From: Candidatus Omnitrophota bacterium
Lineage (GTDB): Bacteria; Omnitrophota; Omnitrophia; Omnitrophales; Aquincolibacteriaceae
Assembly (NCBI GenBank): GCA_043803685.1
Contig: JAZDJU010000040.1
Location: 23,997 to 87,996 of the forward strand
DNA length: 64,000 nucleotides
Reading direction: 5' to 3'
Each line of letters begins with the position of its first letter. The first letter of the stretch is position 1. Positions 1-8,990 of the stretch are shown in pieces. The notes under the pieces were generated by a model. It made no database searches. It was given only the letters and a program-made list of their open reading frames with translations, and was not told where the DNA came from. Position numbers and translations under genes: made by a program.

Positions 1-2
1 TC

Positions 3-1400
3 GAGAATATCGTGCAGGGCTCTGTCCGGCGGATAGAAAAAAGGGCGCTCAGCGTTTCTGAAACGCTGGACGGAGTGTTGACCCATCGTGTCTGGGGCCT
101 GCTCGCATTCGTGGGGGTCATGGCGTTCGTGTTCCAGTCCATTTTCAGCTGGGCGCAGGTTCCCATGGGATGGATCTCGCACGGGATCGAGTCCTTGTCT
201 GTTTTCGCGAAAGCGGCGCTGCCTGACGGCGCGCTCGAAAGCCTCGTGGTGGATGGAGTGATCGCCGGCGTCGGCAACGTGCTCGTGTTCCTGCCGCAGA
301 TCATGCTTCTTTTCTTTTTTATCGCGTTCTTCGAGGACACGGGCTATATGGCGCGCGCGGTGTTCGTGCTGGACCGGGTCATGAAAACCGTAGGACTGAA
401 CGGGAAGGCGTTCCTGCCGCTTCTCAGTTCCTTCGCATGTACGGTCCCCGGGGTGCTCGCGACGCGCACGATCGAGGACCGGAACGACCGGCTCGCGACG
501 ATCCTTGTGGCGCCTCTTATGAGTTGCAGCGCGCGCCTTCCGATCTACACGCTGCTCGCGGCCGCCTTTATTCCCCCAACATTTCTTTTCGGGATCTTTT
601 CCATGCAGGGGTTGACGCTTCTGGTCATGTATCTTCTCAGCATCGGGGCAGGGCTTGGCATGGCGGCGATCTTCCGGAAAACATTTCTCAAGGGGAACCG
701 GATGCCGTTCGTTTTCGAGCTTCCGCCTTACCGGATGCCGCATTGGAGGAATGTTCTTTCGGCCATGTGGGACCGGTCGAAGGAGTTTCTGGTCCGTGCG
801 GGAAGTATTATCTTCCTGCTTTCGATCGTGCTCTGGTTCTGTGTGAATTATCCCAAGGACCCTGCGGCGGAGATCCGTTTCAAGGAAGCAAGAGGAGTGG
901 CGAGCGTGACGATGAGTGGCGAGACTCTCAGGGGACGCCTTGAGGTGATCGAACAGGACCAAAAAGATCTTCAGCTCCGTTCGAGTTTTGCCGGCGTTCT
1001 CGGAAGAACGATCGAGCCCGTGATCCGACCTTTGGGATTTAACTGGGAGATCGGCATCGGGATCGTGGCTTCCTTCGCGGCGCGCGAACTTCTGATCAGC
1101 ACGCTTGCGATCGTTCATCACGTGAAAAGCGAAGGGACGGGCATGACCGAGGGTCTGATCAAGGCCCTGCAGTCCGTGAAGGCTCCCGATACCGGAAAAC
1201 CGATCTATACGCCGCTGGGCGCTGTCGCGCTCATGGTTTTTTATGTGTTCGCGTGCCAGTGCTTCTCGACCTTCGCGATCGTGAAGCGCGAGACTGGGTC
1301 CTGGGGTTGGATGTTCTTTATGATCGCTTACATGACCGGCCTCGCGTGGGCGGCTTCTTTTGCGGTCTATCAGGGCGGGCGGCTTTTGGGGTTTGAATAA
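3..1400 (+). CDS. feoB: Ferrous iron transport protein B, C-terminal membrane part (5' end lies upstream of window)
   Basis: FeoB gate/membrane motifs EDTGYMARAVF, PLMSCSARLPIY, FVFELPPYRMP; frame open from window start. Confidence 0.93.
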   Translation, partial: ENIVQGSVRRIEKRALSVSETLDGVLTHRVWGLLAFVGVMAFVFQSIFSWAQVPMGWISHGIESLSVFAKAALPDGALESLVVDGVIAGVGNVLVFLPQIMLLFFFIAFFEDTGYMARAVFVLDRVMKTVGLNGKAFLPLLSSFACTVPGVLATRTIEDRNDRLATILVAPLMSCSARLPIYTLLAAAFIPPTFLFGIFSMQGLTLLVMYLLSIGAGLGMAAIFRKTFLKGNRMPFVFELPPYRMPHWRNVLSAMWDRSKEFLVRAGSIIFLLSIVLWFCVNYPKDPAAEIRFKEARGVASVTMSGETLRGRLEVIEQDQKDLQLRSSFAGVLGRTIEPVIRPLGFNWEIGIGIVASFAARELLISTLAIVHHVKSEGTGMTEGLIKALQSVKAPDTGKPIYTPLGAVALMVFYVFACQCFSTFAIVKRETGSWGWMFFMIAYMTGLAWAASFAVYQGGRLLGFE

Positions 1401-1409
1401 AAAATAGAT

Positions 1410-1490
1410 CCACGAGCCAAGGTCCACGAACCACGAAGGAGCGGGTTGCGTGGATCGTGGCGCGTGGCACAGGGTGCGTGGCACGGGAGA
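1410..1490. repeat. 7-nt-periodic inverted-repeat element (CCACGnn / CGTGGnn family)
   Basis: CCACGAG CCAAGGT CCACGAA CCACGAA ... CGTGGAT CGTGGCG CGTGGCA CAGGGTG CGTGGCA. Confidence 0.8.
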
Positions 1491-1494
1491 TCTT

Positions 1495-1662
1495 ATGGAC
1501 ACAAATGAAATGATCGCATTAAGCATCGTGGCACTGGCCGCCTTTCTTGCCTTGCGTCATTTTTTTGGGAAAAAAGGCGGCGGGTGCTGCGGTTCCGATT
1601 GCCTCCCGAAGTTTGAAAAGAAAGATAAAGTCGAAAAAACCGGGATGGGAGAAAAGAAATGA
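1495..1662 (+). CDS. FeoB-associated Cys-rich small membrane protein
   Basis: MDTNEMIALSIVALAAFLALRHFFGKKGGGCCGSDC: one TM helix plus GCC..C, directly after feoB. Confidence 0.7.
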   Translation: MDTNEMIALSIVALAAFLALRHFFGKKGGGCCGSDCLPKFEKKDKVEKTGMGEKK

Positions 1663-2588
1663 TTTTCAGAAATATTTTGATGGCGCTCGTTCTTTTGGCA
1701 TGTTGGGGGGCACTACCCACCTCGGCTGATGCAACGCACGTTGCGGACAACCTGGCTATCGAGGAACATTCCAAGGTAGTGACAGGCGATGCGACGCCCA
1801 ATGATCCCGGGCAAGTGGAGATCTGGGGCTCTTATGTTGTCCAGGGAGGAAAATTCGCCTGGCGGTCCGATGGGGAACGGCAGAAGAGAGGCTCTTATCT
1901 CGCCCAGAGCTTTCAAACCCAGGTTACTGTGGGGGTGATCAAGGACGTTGACGTGGGGATCATCAACGGGTTCCAGCACACGCTTGATAAGGAAAATAAT
2001 TACGATGAATTCAGGGACATGCTGGACCCGGACACGGGGGAGGCGATCGAGGACGGGACGGTGGGACCTACGCACGGCTTTGGATTCAGGGATCTTGGGG
2101 TTGCGGGGCGGTGGCGTTTCTACGATTCGGCGGAAAAGAAGCTTGAGATCTCCTACACGTCCACGATCTTTGTGCCGACCGGACGGCGCAGCAATTTTGA
2201 CCACCTCGGCGCCAGTCAGGGGTATACCAGCCTGGACAATTCTTTCGCGTTCACCAAAGACCTCGGGCGCTGGAATGGGACCGTGAACGTGGGGCATAAC
2301 ACACCGCTCGCGCACTGGGAACGTACGAATTATTATTACGGGACGACCCACGCGAATTTCGCGGTCGGATACCAGGTTTTCTGGTGGCTGCAGCCTGAAG
2401 CCGAGTTGGTGTATCTTCATGATTTTGGCGGTCACGGACAGACCGGAAATCTTGCGAGTGTTGTTCTGGGGTTGATCATGCCTTTGGGCGACCACTTGCG
2501 TCTGGAGATGGGCGCTCAACAAGATATTTTCGGAAGCAACAAGGTGCAGACGACCTCCGGCATTTTTAGCGTCGCCTTCCTGACCTGA
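1659..2588 (+). CDS. Exported putative outer-membrane beta-barrel (transporter-like) protein
   Basis: N-terminal signal peptide, amphipathic beta-strand pattern, GFRDLGVAGRWRF motif, aromatic residue near C-terminus. Confidence 0.55.
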   Translation: MIFRNILMALVLLACWGALPTSADATHVADNLAIEEHSKVVTGDATPNDPGQVEIWGSYVVQGGKFAWRSDGERQKRGSYLAQSFQTQVTVGVIKDVDVGIINGFQHTLDKENNYDEFRDMLDPDTGEAIEDGTVGPTHGFGFRDLGVAGRWRFYDSAEKKLEISYTSTIFVPTGRRSNFDHLGASQGYTSLDNSFAFTKDLGRWNGTVNVGHNTPLAHWERTNYYYGTTHANFAVGYQVFWWLQPEAELVYLHDFGGHGQTGNLASVVLGLIMPLGDHLRLEMGAQQDIFGSNKVQTTSGIFSVAFLT

Positions 2589-2611
2589 TCCGACTTTCCC
2601 CTAAAAAACAT

Positions 2612-2656
2612 TTGACGGAACCCCGGCGCGCGTCTATTATGCACATATGTGCATAA
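2612..2656 (+). promoter_or_regulatory. Sigma70 promoter with overlapping 20-bp palindromic operator
   Basis: TTGACG(2612)-N17-TATTAT(2635); perfect palindrome TTATGCACATATGTGCATAA 2637-2656. Confidence 0.75.
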
Positions 2657-2668
2657 CTGAGATGGGCC

Positions 2669-2974
2669 ATGCGTCCTAAAAAAACAAGACATGTGGGTTG
2701 CAAGCCGGGGGACCGGTGTTTCCGTCCGCTTCACGTGCCGCGCAAGGATATCGTGGTCACGAAGATCACCCTCGATGAACTAGAGGCCCTGCGGCTTTGT
2801 GACGGGATGCGTCTCGAACAGAACGCCGCGGCCCGGAAAATGAAAGTCCACCGTTCGACCGTTTCCCGCATTCTCACCTCAGCCCGCAAGAAAATCGCTA
2901 ATGCCCTCGTCCACCATCACGGCATTAAGATCGAGGGGGGCTGCTGCCAGCCCGCCCGGGGGAACATTCGATGA
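2669..2974 (+). CDS. DUF134 family HTH DNA-binding protein
   Basis: MRPKKTRHV..., ITLDELEALRLCD, AAARKMKVHRSTVSRILTSARKKIANALV..IKIEGG. Confidence 0.85.
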   Translation: MRPKKTRHVGCKPGDRCFRPLHVPRKDIVVTKITLDELEALRLCDGMRLEQNAAARKMKVHRSTVSRILTSARKKIANALVHHHGIKIEGGCCQPARGNIR

Positions 2975-4143
2975 ATGAATGGAAAAAAATTCTTTATGTC
3001 TTAGCGGGATTTCTGGCGTGTTTTTATCTTCCGGTCGAAAACCTTCGCTTCACCAACGCGATCTTTGAGGCGCTCGCGCTGGTCAAATGGTATGCCCGCG
3101 AGCATGTGATCCTTTGTCTTGTCCCCGCGTTTTTTATCGCCGGAGCCATTTCCGTATTTGTCAGTCAGGCGTCTGTCATGAAATATTTCGGAGCGAAAGC
3201 CAATAAATTCCTTTCTTACAGCGTTGCTTCGGTTTCGGGGACGATCCTGGCCGTATGTTCCTGCACCGTTTTGCCGCTTTTTTCGGGGATCTATAAAAGA
3301 GGCTCCGGCCTCGGGCCCGCGATCGCCTTCCTTTATTCGGGGCCTGCCATCAATGTTCTCGCGATCATCCTGACGGCCCGCATCCTCGGGTGGGAACTTG
3401 GCCTTGCCCGAGCGATCGGAGCGGTAGTTTTTAGTGTGGTGATCGGGCTCCTGATGCATCTGATCTTCCTCAAAGAGGAACAAGCGCGCCATGCAGAAGG
3501 TAATTTCAATGTGGGGGAAGTGAAAGAAACCCGGCCGTTAGGTAAAACGATCCTGTATTTTGGTTCGATGATCGCGTTCCTGGTTTTTGCGAACTGGGGC
3601 AAGCCTCTTGAGGGCGATCATGGTGTTTGGGCTCTGATCTATCAATATAAGTGGTGGATCTCCGGTCTGTCCTTGGCTTCGCTTGCGATCATGTTGATCT
3701 CATGGTTCAAAAAAGAAGAACTGAAGGAATGGACCTCTGCCTCATGGACTTTTGCGCTTCAGATCCTGCCGCTTCTTTTGGGCGGAGTGCTGATCTCCGG
3801 ATTCCTGTTGGGCCGTGTAGGTCATGAAGGGATCATTCCTTCGAAGTACGTGGTGGCGCTAGTGGGCGGGAATTCCTTTTTTGCTAATTTCTTTTCGTCC
3901 ATTGTCGCGGCCTTTATGTATTTTGCCACATTGACCGAAGTGCCGATCCTGCAGGGGCTGATGAATTCCGGGATGGGGAAAGGACCCGCGCTTGCGCTTC
4001 TTCTCGCCGGTCCCGCGCTCAGTCTTCCTAGCATGCTCGTGATACGAAGTGTGATCGGAACAAAAAAAACAGTGGTCTATGTAAGCCTCGTCGTAGTCAT
4101 GGCCACGATCAGCGGCATGATCTTTGGTGTGATCGCTCAATAG
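2971..4143 (+). CDS. arsP: ArsP/DUF318-family permease
   Basis: AVCSCTVLPLF, FLYSGPAIN, MYFATLTEVPI motifs; ars context. Confidence 0.8.
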   Translation: MNEWKKILYVLAGFLACFYLPVENLRFTNAIFEALALVKWYAREHVILCLVPAFFIAGAISVFVSQASVMKYFGAKANKFLSYSVASVSGTILAVCSCTVLPLFSGIYKRGSGLGPAIAFLYSGPAINVLAIILTARILGWELGLARAIGAVVFSVVIGLLMHLIFLKEEQARHAEGNFNVGEVKETRPLGKTILYFGSMIAFLVFANWGKPLEGDHGVWALIYQYKWWISGLSLASLAIMLISWFKKEELKEWTSASWTFALQILPLLLGGVLISGFLLGRVGHEGIIPSKYVVALVGGNSFFANFFSSIVAAFMYFATLTEVPILQGLMNSGMGKGPALALLLAGPALSLPSMLVIRSVIGTKKTVVYVSLVVVMATISGMIFGVIAQ

Positions 4144-4154
4144 GAGATTGGGAA

Positions 4155-4388
4155 ATGAAAATAGAGATTTTGGGAACGGGTTGTCCGAAATGCAAACAGC
4201 TCACCGCGAATGTCGAAGCGGCGGTCAAAGAGCTGAATCTTCAGGCCGAGGTTGGCAAGGTCACGGATATCGACAAGATCACGGACTACGGAGTCATGAT
4301 GACGCCCGCGCTGGTGGTTGACGGGATCGTGGTCTCCTCGGGAAAATTGCTCAACAAGGACGAGATCAAAAGGATCCTCGCGAAATAA
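4155..4388 (+). CDS. arsE: MTH895/ArsE-family small thioredoxin-like redox protein
   Basis: MKIEILGTGCPKC...YGVMMTPALVVDG, 77 aa. Confidence 0.85.
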   Translation: MKIEILGTGCPKCKQLTANVEAAVKELNLQAEVGKVTDIDKITDYGVMMTPALVVDGIVVSSGKLLNKDEIKRILAK

Positions 4389-4400
4389 CAGGAGAGAGAA

Positions 4401-4841
4401 ATGAAAAAGAATTTTGGGATCTTTCTTTTACTGGCGGCTGTTGCGCTGGCAAGTAATTTATTTTTTGGTGGTTCTGCGACCTTGGCCGAGGAGGCTCCGG
4501 CGGGGGGCACGGTCACGGCGTATTATTTCCACGGGACCTTTCGCTGCCCTACTTGTCATAAATTGGAAGCGTATGCCAAAGAGGCCATAGAAAATAATTT
4601 CAGGAATGAGCTGGCTTCCGGAAAACTCTCGTTCAAGATCGTGAATATCGAGAACAAGGGGAACGAGCACTTCGTAAAGGACTACCAGCTCTACACAAAA
4701 TCTGTGGTCCTTTCTCTCACAAGGGATGGCAAAGAGATCCGCTCTAAGAATCTCGATAAGATCTGGGAATATGTCCGGAATAAAGACCGTTACGAAAATT
4801 ATGTTAGGGATGAAGTGGCCGCATTTCTGAAGGAGGCGTGA
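4401..4841 (+). CDS. arsF: ArsF-family exported thioredoxin-like protein
   Basis: Signal peptide; YYFHGTFRCPTC motif; lies between arsE-like and arsG-like genes. Confidence 0.8.
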   Translation: MKKNFGIFLLLAAVALASNLFFGGSATLAEEAPAGGTVTAYYFHGTFRCPTCHKLEAYAKEAIENNFRNELASGKLSFKIVNIENKGNEHFVKDYQLYTKSVVLSLTRDGKEIRSKNLDKIWEYVRNKDRYENYVRDEVAAFLKEA

Positions 4842-5536
4842 TGGATCCTTTTTGGGTGGGCTGGTTTTCCGCGCTTTGGCTCGGCATTCTGACTTCAATC
4901 AGTCCGTGCCCGTTGGCTTCGAATATCGCGGCGGTTTCTTTCTTGTCGAAAAAGATCGCGCACCCGGCGGCTGTTTTTGTTTCAGGCCTCGCGTATACGT
5001 TTGGCAGAATGGCATCCTATGCTGCGGTGGGGTGGCTCATCATTCATTCTTTGGTGGGCATTCCGCAGATCTCCATGTTTCTCCAGAAATACATGGGGAA
5101 AGCGCTAGGGCCGATCTTGGTCGTGACAGGGTTGATCCTGCTCGAGGTCCTTGTGTTCCGGCTTCCCGGATTTTCTCTTTCCCAAAAGCATCACCATAAA
5201 CTCGCCGAATCCGGGGCGCCGGGCGCTTTTCTTCTCGGTTTTATCTTCGCGCTCGCGTTCTGTCCCGTGTCCGCGGCGCTTTTCTTTGGAAGCCTCATTC
5301 CCCTGGCGCTGAATCATCCTTCGAGCACGCTCCTGCCATTCATCTACGGGATCGGTACCGGCTTGCCTGTGTTGGCGTTCGCTGTGGCAATAGCCCTTGG
5401 CGTAAAGTCGCTAAGCCATTGGTTCCACAAGCTGACGAAGATCGAACTTTATACGCGCAAGATCACAGGCGTCATCTTCATCGGCGCGGGCATTTACTAC
5501 GTTTGGGCTTATTGGTTACAGGGAGGGAGCTCATGA
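4838..5536 (+). CDS. arsG: ArsG-family (CcdA/DsbD-like) membrane protein
   Basis: [15 protein letters not shown] and [19 protein letters not shown] motifs. Confidence 0.8.
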   Translation: MMDPFWVGWFSALWLGILTSISPCPLASNIAAVSFLSKKIAHPAAVFVSGLAYTFGRMASYAAVGWLIIHSLVGIPQISMFLQKYMGKALGPILVVTGLILLEVLVFRLPGFSLSQKHHHKLAESGAPGAFLLGFIFALAFCPVSAALFFGSLIPLALNHPSSTLLPFIYGIGTGLPVLAFAVAIALGVKSLSHWFHKLTKIELYTRKITGVIFIGAGIYYVWAYWLQGGSS

Positions 5537-6579
5537 GCGAATGCCCTAAAAAGCAGTTGTCATTTTTAGACCGCTTTTTAACACTTTGGATCTTTCTCGG
5601 CATGGGGGTGGGCGTTCTCGCGGGGTATTTTTATCCGCCGGTCGTAAGCTTTTGGAACAAATTCCAGGTGGGCACGACCAATATCCCGATCGCCATAGGG
5701 CTTATTCTCATGATGTACCCGCCGCTCGCCAAGGTGAAATACGAAGAGCTCGGCGATGTGTTCAAGAACGTCAGGGTCCTCGGGTTGTCGCTCGTCCAGA
5801 ACTGGGTGATCGGTCCCGTGCTCATGTTCGTGCTGGCGATCACTTTTTTGCGCGGTTATCCGGAGTACATGGTCGGGCTCATTATGATCGGCCTTGCCCG
5901 TTGCATTGCCATGGTCATTGTCTGGAACGACCTCGCGGAAGGGGACGCCGAATATTGCGCGGGACTTGTGGCGTTCAACTCGATCTTTCAGGTCCTGTTT
6001 TTTTCGCTTTACGCGTGGGTCTTCATCACGGTCCTGCCGCAGTGGTTCGGACTTCAGGGCGCGGCGGTGGATATCACGATCACCCAGATCGCCAAGAGCG
6101 TATTTATCTATCTCGGCATTCCTTTTCTTGCGGGGATGCTGACACGGTTCGTCCTGCTTAAGATCAAGAGCAAAGTCTGGTATGAAACTAAATTTATCCC
6201 GTCGATCAGCCCCGTGACGCTCATCGCGCTTCTCTTCACGATCGTTGTGATGTTCTCGCTGAAAGGGGAGGCGATCGTTAAGATCCCTATGGATGTTGTC
6301 CGTATCGCGGTCCCGCTGCTTATTTATTTTGTCGTGATGTTCCTCATTTCTTTTTTTATGAGCCGCAAGATTAGGGCGACCTATGCTCAATCCGCGACGC
6401 TGTCCTTTACCGCCGCGAGCAATAATTTCGAGCTTGCTATCGCGGTGTCCGTGGCGGTGTTTGGCATTCATTCCGGAGCCGCTTTCGCGGCGGTGATTGG
6501 ACCTTTGGTTGAGGTGCCTGTCCTGATCGGACTTGTGCATGTGGCGCTCTGGCTCAAACGTAAATATTACGCCGAATGA
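5533..6579 (+). CDS. acr3: ACR3-family arsenite efflux transporter
   Basis: [48 protein letters not shown] 5533 overlaps arsG stop. Confidence 0.93.
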   Translation: MSECPKKQLSFLDRFLTLWIFLGMGVGVLAGYFYPPVVSFWNKFQVGTTNIPIAIGLILMMYPPLAKVKYEELGDVFKNVRVLGLSLVQNWVIGPVLMFVLAITFLRGYPEYMVGLIMIGLARCIAMVIVWNDLAEGDAEYCAGLVAFNSIFQVLFFSLYAWVFITVLPQWFGLQGAAVDITITQIAKSVFIYLGIPFLAGMLTRFVLLKIKSKVWYETKFIPSISPVTLIALLFTIVVMFSLKGEAIVKIPMDVVRIAVPLLIYFVVMFLISFFMSRKIRATYAQSATLSFTAASNNFELAIAVSVAVFGIHSGAAFAAVIGPLVEVPVLIGLVHVALWLKRKYYAE

Positions 6580-6670
6580 AAAGGAGGGTGTGGCGATTTT
6601 TCCAGGTTGGATAAAGTGTGTGATGGGGATAGAATAACAGCGGTTTTTTCATAACCACAAGGGGGACGCG

Positions 6671-7447
6671 ATGAAAAAAGCACTTTCGATACTCATTATT
6701 TTAACGCTTGTCTTGGGGGTAGCCCCGAGAGGTTTTGCCGCGGAGGCCGCCGCCACGCACTTGCCTTTGATCGGTGAAGACGCGCCCGCTTTTACGGCGG
6801 AGACCACTCAGGGGACGATCAATTTTCCGGCGGACTACAAAGGAAAATGGATCATTCTTTTCAGCCACCCGGCGGATTTTACGCCCGTCTGCACCACCGA
6901 GTTCATGACTTTTGCTTCCATGAAACCCGAGTTCGATCAATTGAACACCCAGCTGGTCGGGCTTTCGATCGATGGTCTTTACAGCCATATCGCGTGGCTC
7001 AGGACGATCAAGGAAAAGATCGAATTTAAAGGGATGAAGAACGTCGAAGTGATTTTCCCGCTCATCGCGGACATCAAGATGGAAGTGGCCAAGAAATACG
7101 GCATGCTCCAACCCTCGGCGAGCGACACCAAAGCGGTGCGCGCGGTCTTCATCATTGACCCGGCAGGCAAGATCCGGGCCGTCCTCTATTATCCACTCTC
7201 GAACGGCCGCAACTTCGAGGAGATCAAGCGCTTGCTGATCGCCATGCAGACCTCCGATGCCTACCAGATCGCCACGCCGGCCAACTGGCAGCCGGGCGAT
7301 GATGTGATCGTGCCTCCGGCGGGTTCCTGCGGGACCGCCAAGGAACGCATGGAAAAATCCGGGCAGGGAGAGATCGATTGCAAGGACTGGTTCATGTGCT
7401 TCAAAAAACTCTCCAAAGAAGAGGTCGAGACGGCAACCCGTTCGTAG
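6671..7447 (+). CDS. Peroxiredoxin (Prx6-type) with signal peptide
   Basis: FSHPADFTPVCTTEF active site; C-terminal CKDWFMC; hydrophobic N-terminal leader. Confidence 0.88.
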   Translation: MKKALSILIILTLVLGVAPRGFAAEAAATHLPLIGEDAPAFTAETTQGTINFPADYKGKWIILFSHPADFTPVCTTEFMTFASMKPEFDQLNTQLVGLSIDGLYSHIAWLRTIKEKIEFKGMKNVEVIFPLIADIKMEVAKKYGMLQPSASDTKAVRAVFIIDPAGKIRAVLYYPLSNGRNFEEIKRLLIAMQTSDAYQIATPANWQPGDDVIVPPAGSCGTAKERMEKSGQGEIDCKDWFMCFKKLSKEEVETATRS

Positions 7448-7458
7448 ATCCAAGATCT

Positions 7459-7487
7459 CCGGGGGCCCGCCACAGACGGGCTCCCGG
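7459..7487 (+). terminator. GC-rich hairpin after peroxiredoxin
   Basis: CCGGGGGCCCG-CCACAGA-CGGGCTCCCGG; no strong U-tract. Confidence 0.4.
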
Positions 7488-7527
7488 GAATTGGTCGTGT
7501 GTAGCGGAAAAAATGGGAAATAACTCT

Positions 7528-8922
7528 ATGAAAAAGATGATGGCCCTGCTCCTGAGCGCTTTTTTGATGATGCCTTCGGTCCTTTTTGCCGGAGAGGCCG
7601 CGGCGCCGGTTTCAAACGCCGGAATGCAGACGATGACCTTTCTCGATTGCTACGCGAAGGTGCTCGCCCATTACCCCGCGCTGAAAAAGAAATATGAAGA
7701 GCTCGCGCAGGCGAAGGCCGGGAAGAACCTCGCTTGGGCGGAACTCTTTCCAAAAGTCCAGGGCGTCACCTCCTTGACCACGACGGACGATCCCGTGGGC
7801 GTTTTCGGGGATCTTCTCCGGCAGGAGTCCTTCACCGCGCGGGATTTTGAGCTGAACTCGCTCAATTCACCGCGCCACCGCACGAACTATCATTTCGGCC
7901 TGACGGGGGAGATGCTTCTCTTCGATTCTTTCAACACGATTTCCAAGATCCGCTCCGCGCGCCGGCTCGTGAAGTCCGCGGACCTCGAGGCGGATTTCAC
8001 GGAAATGGAAGCTTCGCTTGTGACCCTTGAAAGTTATCTGGCGGTCCTGCATGCTCAAGAACTTCTGAATATCACGGCCGCTCTGAAAGAAGTCGTCGAC
8101 CGGGACCTCAAACAAGCTGAGGACCTGAAACAAAAAGGCATGATCCTGGGCGCGGATTTCTACGCGGCCAAGGTCGCCGCGGCGGGGATCGAACGCGCGC
8201 TCAACCGGGCGCGGGCCAGGGTGAAGACCTCGCGCATGTTCATGAATATTCTCATGGGTGAAGATCCCGTGCTGGAATGGAACGCGACGGGAAAACTTTC
8301 CGGGTCGGCGCAGGACAAAGGCCCGCTTCAGGAGTGGATCGCCCAGGCGTATCAACAGCGCAAGGACCTTGTGGCGATGGATCAGCTGATCGACGCCCAG
8401 CGCATTGAGTCGCTTCGTCAGAAGACCTCATTCCTTCCCAAGATCTACGGGTTCGGCAGTCTCGACGCCGATAGCCACGACCTGCGCTCGAGCGGCAAGA
8501 ATTTTACCGTGGGGATCAAAGGCACGATGGACCTTTTCGATCCGTCATATTTAGGACGCACGCAGCAGGCCAAACACCGTTATGAGGCACTCAAAGCGGA
8601 TCGCCAGGCGCTTCGTGACGAGATCGCGAAACAGTTGATCGGGGAACTCGCGAGTTACGAGACTGTGGTTATCGATCAGCCGGTCCTGTCGCAGGCCTTC
8701 CAGGACGCGAAAGAGGCGAGCGACCAGACCGCGAAGCTTTATCAGGAGGGCCGGAAATCCATCGCCGATCTTCTCACGATCCGCGGCGTGTATCTCGAGA
8801 CCGCGTCCGGATTGCAGCAGCTCTTGCTCGCGCTTGAGCTGGAGCACGCGAAACTTCTTTTTCTTTCAGGGCAGTTGACCGAGGATAACCTTCACCTGGT
8901 GAATGCAAGGTTGCAGGGATAA
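7528..8922 (+). CDS. TolC-family outer membrane efflux protein
   Basis: Signal peptide, two OEP repeats (AELFPKV.., SFLPKIY..), YQEGRKSIADLL. Confidence 0.85.
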   Translation: MKKMMALLLSAFLMMPSVLFAGEAAAPVSNAGMQTMTFLDCYAKVLAHYPALKKKYEELAQAKAGKNLAWAELFPKVQGVTSLTTTDDPVGVFGDLLRQESFTARDFELNSLNSPRHRTNYHFGLTGEMLLFDSFNTISKIRSARRLVKSADLEADFTEMEASLVTLESYLAVLHAQELLNITAALKEVVDRDLKQAEDLKQKGMILGADFYAAKVAAAGIERALNRARARVKTSRMFMNILMGEDPVLEWNATGKLSGSAQDKGPLQEWIAQAYQQRKDLVAMDQLIDAQRIESLRQKTSFLPKIYGFGSLDADSHDLRSSGKNFTVGIKGTMDLFDPSYLGRTQQAKHRYEALKADRQALRDEIAKQLIGELASYETVVIDQPVLSQAFQDAKEASDQTAKLYQEGRKSIADLLTIRGVYLETASGLQQLLLALELEHAKLLFLSGQLTEDNLHLVNARLQG

Positions 8923-8933
8923 GTGAACCAAGA

Positions 8934-8972
8934 CAACACCCGGTGTTGCGGGTATTCCAACACCGGGTGTTG
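8934..8972. repeat. Pair of 15-nt palindromes CAACACCSGGTGTTG
   Basis: CAACACCCGGTGTTG 8934-8948 and CAACACCGGGTGTTG 8958-8972. Confidence 0.75.
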
Positions 8973-8990
8973 ATAAAGCGACAGGTATCT

